NCBI GenBank assembly: GCA_029762575.1
Contig: JARVGL010000002.1
Span: 1 to 55,631, forward strand
Length of the DNA: 55,631 nt
Direction: 5' to 3'
Origin: Thermoplasmatota archaeon
Lineage (GTDB): Archaea; Thermoplasmatota; E2; DHVEG-1
This document shows, one piece after another, positions 49,598 through 55,631 of this stretch. The notes below the pieces were generated by a model. It did not search any database and had not been told where the DNA came from. It was given only the letters and a program-made list of their open reading frames with translations. Both the position numbers and the translations under genes were made by a program. Position 1 is the stretch's first letter. The number at the start of each line of letters is the position of its first letter.

Positions 49598-50233
49598 CTA
49601 TTTTTTGAATTGCTGCATTTTCTTTTTAACGTCTTCATCAGCAATCTGATGAAAACCATCTTTTGATATCACAGCAACGCTGATCATACCACCAGATGCA
49701 GAATCCCTACTTATCGCAGCACTGATTGCTCTAATCGCTAAATCAATTCCTTCATCAGAGGTCATATCATCACGATAATGATCCTCAAGTACACCAAAGA
49801 CATAGGGTGACCCTGAGCCACCAGATGTGTAATTGTCAGGTATTGAACCACCTGCAGCATCAAGAGAATAGACATGGCCTCCGGTTTGATCCCAACCACC
49901 AAGGACAAGCTGGACATAATATGGCATGAATTTTCTTTGGTTCATAATATTTGACATGAGTGTTGCTGCACTTTCAACGGGGATTGGCGAATCTCGTTTC
50001 AACCTATAGAGATTTGCTTCAGCACTCAGATATCTTGCAAGGACTTGCAGATCGCCAACAAGCCCAGCAGTTGCAAGAGCTAGATGATTATCGATTCGAT
50101 ATAACTTCTTTGTTGATTTATGCGCAATTAATGTTCCCATCGTCGCTCTTTGTTCTGTAGCGATAACGACGCCATCTGTGCATACCATACCTAAAGTTGT
50201 CGTTCCAGTTTTTTTAACATTCTCTGATGTCAT
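49598..50233 (-). CDS. psmB: Proteasome subunit beta
   Basis: Propeptide ending KTG|TTT, AGLVGD, GSGSPY, RDSASG. Confidence 0.97.
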   Translation of the reverse strand: MTSENVKKTGTTTLGMVCTDGVVIATEQRATMGTLIAHKSTKKLYRIDNHLALATAGLVGDLQVLARYLSAEANLYRLKRDSPIPVESAATLMSNIMNQRKFMPYYVQLVLGGWDQTGGHVYSLDAAGGSIPDNYTSGGSGSPYVFGVLEDHYRDDMTSDEGIDLAIRAISAAISRDSASGGMISVAVISKDGFHQIADEDVKKKMQQFKK

Positions 50234-50397
50234 GATATCTCCTCAAAATTAGGGAAAAATTACAGAATGCAATTCTTATACTTTTATATATAGTTTGCGT
50301 ATTTTACTGAATGTTGCTAAAAAATTAAAGAAATAGAGAAGAACAAACTATCTCACAATATACTTAAATAATTGACAGACATTCTATTATTTATATT

Positions 50398-51516
50398 ATG
50401 ACGACGCTGATTCTAAATGTCGATCGAGATGATGATTTTGGGAGGAAAGCTCATATCAAAAGTCCCATCATCGGCGTTGGGAATAATGTTGATGCAGCCC
50501 AACGTTTCGGAGAGGCAGATCCAGAAGACTCGGATTTGAATGCAATATATTATGCGGTATCACTTTACAGGAAATTGATTAATGAACAAAAGGTTGTTGA
50601 AATTGCAACGATCTGTGGGCATATCAATGTTGGTGTGAAATCAGATGAGATACTCTCAAAACAACTTGAGGATGTTTTAGAAAAGACCCAAGCAACAGAT
50701 GTTATCGTTGTAACTGATGGCGCTGAGGATGATTATATCATACCTATCATTCAATCTCGGGTAAAGATTACTTCCATTCAACGTGTATCCGTAAAACAAA
50801 GTCGCCATCTTGAAGATACCTATTATCGGATCTTAAAGATACTTGATGATGAGAAGGTTCAGAAACAATTTGTCTTACCTATTGGTCTTGTATTGATCGT
50901 GTGGGCTTGTTTTGTTCTCCTTAATATGACCTCAAGTGGTTTTGGAGCTATTTTGTTGACCCTTGGGGTTTATCTATTGGTCAGGGCTTTTCGTTGGGAA
51001 CGGGCGATTTCTTCGATAGTTGAAGAAGTGAAATCAGGTTTTTTAACAGGGCGATTATCGATTTATACCTCCGCGGTATCCATCGTTATCATCATCGCAA
51101 GTATCTTTCTCTCTTATACCAATGCCAATATCCCCTATGAACTGGAACTACTAGCCGTCTTATCATTCATGGCTAATATCATATGGGGAATAGTCATTGC
51201 TGGATTGTTGTTTATATTTGGTCATGTTGTTGATATCTATGTGAAAGATAAACAAGCAGCATGGCGTTATTGGATCTATCCGTTCTCTCTTCTTGCTTTT
51301 GGATTTATCTCATCAGCAATCTTTACATCACTTCACAAAGCGTTGTTGAATTGGCCTGAGACATTCTATATCGAACCATTCTATACTCCTTTTTTCATTG
51401 GTAATACAATCACGGGTATTATGATCACAATTGTTGGTGCGGTCACTTATCATTATGTAAAAGACATGTACAGACCAAAAAATAACGATATGGCCGCAAA
51501 GAAACAAACATCATGA
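50398..51516 (+). CDS. DUF373 family membrane protein
   Basis: LNVDRDDDFG, DPEDSDLN, VTDGAED, VKQS, followed by TM segments. Confidence 0.88.
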   Translation: MTTLILNVDRDDDFGRKAHIKSPIIGVGNNVDAAQRFGEADPEDSDLNAIYYAVSLYRKLINEQKVVEIATICGHINVGVKSDEILSKQLEDVLEKTQATDVIVVTDGAEDDYIIPIIQSRVKITSIQRVSVKQSRHLEDTYYRILKILDDEKVQKQFVLPIGLVLIVWACFVLLNMTSSGFGAILLTLGVYLLVRAFRWERAISSIVEEVKSGFLTGRLSIYTSAVSIVIIIASIFLSYTNANIPYELELLAVLSFMANIIWGIVIAGLLFIFGHVVDIYVKDKQAAWRYWIYPFSLLAFGFISSAIFTSLHKALLNWPETFYIEPFYTPFFIGNTITGIMITIVGAVTYHYVKDMYRPKNNDMAAKKQTS

Positions 51517-51544
51517 AATTTTTTTTAGGTTTTTGGTGTGATAG

Positions 51545-52246
51545 ATGAACTATGAAACCTGGTATCCTTTGTTAGATGCAATTAGAGCAGACATAAAGGT
51601 ATCATGGGATTCAGATGAAAAAGCAGCTCAGATACTAAGTAGTTTACTTGATGATTCATCTCATCTGATTTCTTTTTCATATTTGGAAGAATTATTGATT
51701 AATAGCAAGGTCATCGTCTTTGGAGCGGGTCCCTCGTTGGAAAGAGGGATACATCGATATAATGATCTTTTTAAGGATTGTATACTGATTGCTGCAGATG
51801 GTGCGACAACTGCTCTCATAAATAATAACATAGTTCCTCACATCATTGTAACCGATCTGGATGGAAATATTGCTGATCAGTTACACGCAAATAAGATGGG
51901 TAGTATAATCGTTGTTCACGCGCATGGTGATAATATTGAAGTTGTTGAAAAAATCATTCCAAGAATAGAGGGAGCAGTGATTGGTAGTATTCAGATTGAT
52001 CCACGAGGGGTATCACATGTGTTTAATGTTGGTGGGTTCACTGATGGCGACAGAGCAGTCTATTTAGCTGCGCATTGTTATGCAAAAAGGATATCTCTTA
52101 TCGGTTTTGATTTTGAAGGATCGATAGGAAAATATTGTCTACCTGAAAAAAAGGATAGAGATCTAAAACTAATGAAATTGAGATGGTGTTTGATCCTCAT
52201 TAAAAGACTACAACAGGATACTTTGATACAGTTTCTTAAAGGGTGA
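51545..52246 (+). CDS. mptE: 6-hydroxymethyl-7,8-dihydropterin pyrophosphokinase (DUF115)
   Basis: GAGPSL, AADGA, VTDLDG, VHAHGDN, GGFTDGDRA. Confidence 0.88.
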   Translation: MNYETWYPLLDAIRADIKVSWDSDEKAAQILSSLLDDSSHLISFSYLEELLINSKVIVFGAGPSLERGIHRYNDLFKDCILIAADGATTALINNNIVPHIIVTDLDGNIADQLHANKMGSIIVVHAHGDNIEVVEKIIPRIEGAVIGSIQIDPRGVSHVFNVGGFTDGDRAVYLAAHCYAKRISLIGFDFEGSIGKYCLPEKKDRDLKLMKLRWCLILIKRLQQDTLIQFLKG

Positions 52247-53132
52247 TGAGGGGTTTTTTTTCATAATTTCGTGATGTTAGATAAATACCTATCAAGATTA
52301 TTCCCCCTCCAATCAATGTATAATTTGAGGGGATTTGGCGTATCCAAGGTAAGATGAAGGCTAGAATCGTTGAACCGATAGGTTCTCCAAGAAGTGCCAC
52401 CGATGCTAACGTCGTCTTTATATGGGCAAGGGACCAGTTATAAAGAGTATGGCCAAAGATTCCAGAGATTAAAGCCATGAGAAGAATCAACGTAAGATCC
52501 CCAATACTTATTTGCGTGATGGAGACTGCGCTTAGCAGACAAAAGGTAAATAAAAAAATCGTTGAAACCCCATACACGACAAAAACATAGGGTATAACAG
52601 AGATCTGTTTTCGAAAATGTCTTCCACCAACAATATATAAACCTGCTGCAATCCCTCCAAGAAACGCCATAAGATTTCCCTCCAGAGAATTGATCCCTGA
52701 GAGACCATGGTTCCCATATACTAGGACGATAACACCAAAAAAGGATATGCTTATTCCAATAAGATTTAATTTGGATAGTTTTTCTTTGAATAAGAAATAG
52801 GATAAAGGTGCAACAAAGATAGGATGGGCGGTGACAAGAATGACCGAGCTTGCAACTGATGTGAGCTTTAGTGATGTTACCCATAAAGCGAAATGAACTG
52901 CTAAGATAAAACCAATACTGAACAGGAGGAACAACGATTTTTTAGAAAGCGACAGGATCTCTTGTTGGTACCGTCGTTTAAATACGATAAAAGGGATGAT
53001 GAGAAGGGTTGTAAATACCATCCGGTACAATGAGATGAGCAATGCAGGTGCTTCGATAGATACGATGATCACCGCTGCGGCAGAGACACTGATGACTGCA
53101 ATAAACACGATTATCGATGGTTTAGGTATCAT
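52236..53132 (-). CDS. DMT/EamA family transporter
   Basis: About ten TM segments in two repeats; HFALWVTSL, GHTLYNWSL, EPIGS. Confidence 0.9.
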   Translation of the reverse strand: MIPKPSIIVFIAVISVSAAAVIIVSIEAPALLISLYRMVFTTLLIIPFIVFKRRYQQEILSLSKKSLFLLFSIGFILAVHFALWVTSLKLTSVASSVILVTAHPIFVAPLSYFLFKEKLSKLNLIGISISFFGVIVLVYGNHGLSGINSLEGNLMAFLGGIAAGLYIVGGRHFRKQISVIPYVFVVYGVSTIFLFTFCLLSAVSITQISIGDLTLILLMALISGIFGHTLYNWSLAHIKTTLASVALLGEPIGSTILAFILPWIRQIPSNYTLIGGGIILIGIYLTSRNYEKKPLITL

Positions 53133-53326
53133 GCGATATGAAAAAGTAATAAGAGATTTAGTTTATGATACTTCTCATATTTCAAGTGGAGCGTATAAAG
53201 GATTCATAACAATTTCTACCATAAGAACATATACAAATAGCATAAATAGCATAAAATCGATGCAAATCTCCTTAAAGAGCCTAAGTTTATGAACTATGGA
53301 TATTTTAATGGAAGGGAAATAGATTT

Positions 53327-55631
53327 ATGGAAAAGACAAAGGCAAAGAACAATAAAGATAACGGATTAGTAAAAACTTCTGTTGAGCCATCATTGATTAT
53401 TATAATGATCATTGAAAAGGATGAGATTATCCGAACCATCAGCTCATCGGTCTTTCAAGAATTAGGATATCAACCAAATGATCTTATTGGAAGAAGTTTA
53501 AAAGATTTCATTTATCCAGATGACCTAAAGAAAACGATGGAGTTTCTTAGAAAAGATATTGGAAAACATAAGAGACAAACGGTCCATGCATTTCAGATGA
53601 AACATGCAAACGGATCATTAATCGATGTTGAGTTAACCATATACAGAGGATTATTAGAATCAGATAGAAATCAAGTTATCGGTATACTTAACCCTTTTTC
53701 TAAGTTTAAAGCAATCGAACAAGAATTACATAAGAGCCAACAGAAGAATAGAGCACTGTTAAAGGCATTACCTGACTTACTGTTCATTATTACGAAGGAT
53801 GGAGTATATGAGGAATTTTATGCGTTTGACCCTGATGCCTTAGCATTAAAACCAGAAGAGATCATTGGCAGTACTCTCGAAAAAACTGGGTTTTCACAGG
53901 AAGACATCAAAAAAATACGGCATATTATCAGTCAATCGTTACATAATCATTCGATTGAGACCTTTGAATATTCTTTACCAGTTAAGGGGAAACAATTGAT
54001 CTTTGAAACAAGGATTGCGCCTTTTGATACAAACAAGGTACTAGCTCTTGCTAGAGACGTGACCAAACAAAAGCAAACAGAGAATGTTTTAATGGAATCT
54101 GAACGTTTGTTCAAAGAGATCTTTGAATATGCTCCGATTGGTATCTACCGGACGACATCAGAAGGTAAGATCCTTCTCTCAAATGCAACATTATGGAACA
54201 TGCTTGGATACAGTTCATTTAAGGAACTTGCTGAAAGAGATTTAGAAAAAAACGGATATCATCCGAGTTATAATCGAGAATCATTTAAAAAGAATATTGC
54301 AGCACAGGGACGTATCACTGGCCTTGAGGCAACATGGAAAAAAAAAGATGGTTCTCTTATCTACCTGAGGGAAAACGCTCATGCTATCTATGACAAAGAA
54401 GGTCGTATCATTTGTTATGAAGGGACCGTTGAAGATATCACTGAGAAAAAAGAGATCGAGGAACGTTTAAGACAGAGTCAGGAGCAATATCGTTTGCTTG
54501 TTGAACATCAACAGGATTTTATTATTACACTAGATTCCAGAGGATACGTTAACTATGCAAGTCCTTCATTTTCAAAGCTTCTTAGCAGATCAGATACGGA
54601 ACTTATCAATACTAAACTTCACGTCTATGTTCATAGAGAGGATCAAAAAAAGTTGAGTTCTGTTCTTAGATCAATTAGGGCATTAGATGAAACATTTTAT
54701 CTAGAATTACGCATGATCTATAAATCGGGGTGGTGTTGGATAGCATGGAAATTCAATCCTACTAGAAACAAAGAGAACGGGTCAATGCAGATTATTGCTG
54801 CAGGTAGAGATATTACTGATCAAAAGAAAGCAGAGATTCAACTCTCTGAAACAAAGGACCATCTACAGAATATTATCGATAATTCTAAGGATATAATTAT
54901 CACATTTGATATGGATGGAAGAATTTCTACCTGGAATAGAAGTGTAGAAAAGATCACCGGATTTGAGCAAAGTACTGTGCTTCACAAAAAACCAACAAAG
55001 AGTTCCTTGTTCAAAAACCCTGAATCACTTGAATCAATGATCACAAATGCCTTTAAAAGGAAACAGGGAGCTGACGATGTTGAACTGATGGTGAACACAA
55101 AGGAAGGCGACACCATTGTTTTTAATTGTTCAACGTCACCAATTTTGGATGAGAATAATCAAATGATAGGTCTTCTTATATTGGGAAGTTTGGTCACAAA
55201 AGAAATATTGCAACCTATTAAAAAAGGGAGAGCTTATCTATTTACTGACGAAAAACAAATAGAGATGTATCGGAGATTTGAATTTTTAATAGAAAAAGGT
55301 TATGATGGGTTAGTTATTACTCGGGGAAGTAATGAGAATATGAAAAGGTTACCATACTCTCAAGGCATTATGGTAAAGGTCTTTGGTATCGAAAAAAATA
55401 ACACATATCAAATCATATCATCACCAAAAGAGCTCATAGACGTCATCAAAGGATTCTTAAAAGATACAAAGAAATCTATTATTCTTGTCGATCGTTTGGA
55501 TTTTCTGTTGATCCGCTATCCATTTGAGATGGTGATGGAATCGATTTATATGATGCATTCACTTGTCGTATCAAATGATTCTATATTATTCCTCCACATT
55601 AACACAACAGTGTTTAATTTGCATCAAATAG
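53327..55631 (+). CDS. Multi-PAS sensor with C-terminal DUF835-like domain (3' end outside window)
   Basis: Not in ORF track. Manual translation gives five PAS-like units (LGYQPNDLIG..FIYPDD; ALPDLLFII; YAPIGIYRT..EGTVEDIT; HQQDFIITL..GRDIT; NSKDIIITF), then GRAYLF...GLVITR...ILVDRLDFL. Confidence 0.85.
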   Translation, partial: MEKTKAKNNKDNGLVKTSVEPSLIIIMIIEKDEIIRTISSSVFQELGYQPNDLIGRSLKDFIYPDDLKKTMEFLRKDIGKHKRQTVHAFQMKHANGSLIDVELTIYRGLLESDRNQVIGILNPFSKFKAIEQELHKSQQKNRALLKALPDLLFIITKDGVYEEFYAFDPDALALKPEEIIGSTLEKTGFSQEDIKKIRHIISQSLHNHSIETFEYSLPVKGKQLIFETRIAPFDTNKVLALARDVTKQKQTENVLMESERLFKEIFEYAPIGIYRTTSEGKILLSNATLWNMLGYSSFKELAERDLEKNGYHPSYNRESFKKNIAAQGRITGLEATWKKKDGSLIYLRENAHAIYDKEGRIICYEGTVEDITEKKEIEERLRQSQEQYRLLVEHQQDFIITLDSRGYVNYASPSFSKLLSRSDTELINTKLHVYVHREDQKKLSSVLRSIRALDETFYLELRMIYKSGWCWIAWKFNPTRNKENGSMQIIAAGRDITDQKKAEIQLSETKDHLQNIIDNSKDIIITFDMDGRISTWNRSVEKITGFEQSTVLHKKPTKSSLFKNPESLESMITNAFKRKQGADDVELMVNTKEGDTIVFNCSTSPILDENNQMIGLLILGSLVTKEILQPIKKGRAYLFTDEKQIEMYRRFEFLIEKGYDGLVITRGSNENMKRLPYSQGIMVKVFGIEKNNTYQIISSPKELIDVIKGFLKDTKKSIILVDRLDFLLIRYPFEMVMESIYMMHSLVVSNDSILFLHINTTVFNLHQI

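Noticed and set aside
1..55631. CRISPR array, IS/transposase, integrase, provirus or defence island
   Set aside because: I found no regularly spaced repeats and no recombinase or transposase motifs; neither tRNA has a visible duplicated 3' end or adjacent integrase.

Overview
Gene-dense archaeal chromosomal segment with no recognisable CRISPR array, IS element, integrase or provirus. The gene set (Cdc6, PriS, GINS, aIF2-alpha, TBP, RadB, aCPSF1, proteasome beta, L7Ae, AsnRS, a secreted protein with PKD-like repeats) suggests Thermoplasmatota, possibly MBG-D/Thermoprofundales; this placement is my inference. The window holds about 55 CDSs and two tRNAs (Pro-TGG, Gln-CTG). Most genes are housekeeping or amino-acid catabolism (hutU, hutH, carbamate kinase, aminotransferase, LarA family). 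The most novel-looking signal is a pair of unannotated intergenic hairpins (18945-19016, just downstream of the Sm/Lsm gene, and 30462-30530). They share one layout: a TATA box, a purine-rich 5' arm, a loop with a U5-6 tract followed by a C/U-rich anti-Shine-Dalgarno-like tract, and a pyrimidine-rich 3' arm. They are candidate Sm-associated small RNAs. Other points of interest are a SpeD-SpeE fusion inserted into the conserved priS-gins-L44e-S27e-aIF2a-nop10 cluster, a histidine ammonia-lyase with Ala-Cys-Gly in place of the Ala-Ser-Gly MIO triad, a divergent GAPDH-like protein, a probable ATA-initiated small membrane protein, and a five-PAS/DUF835-like sensor without a kinase. All calls come from reading motifs by eye; no database search was run.
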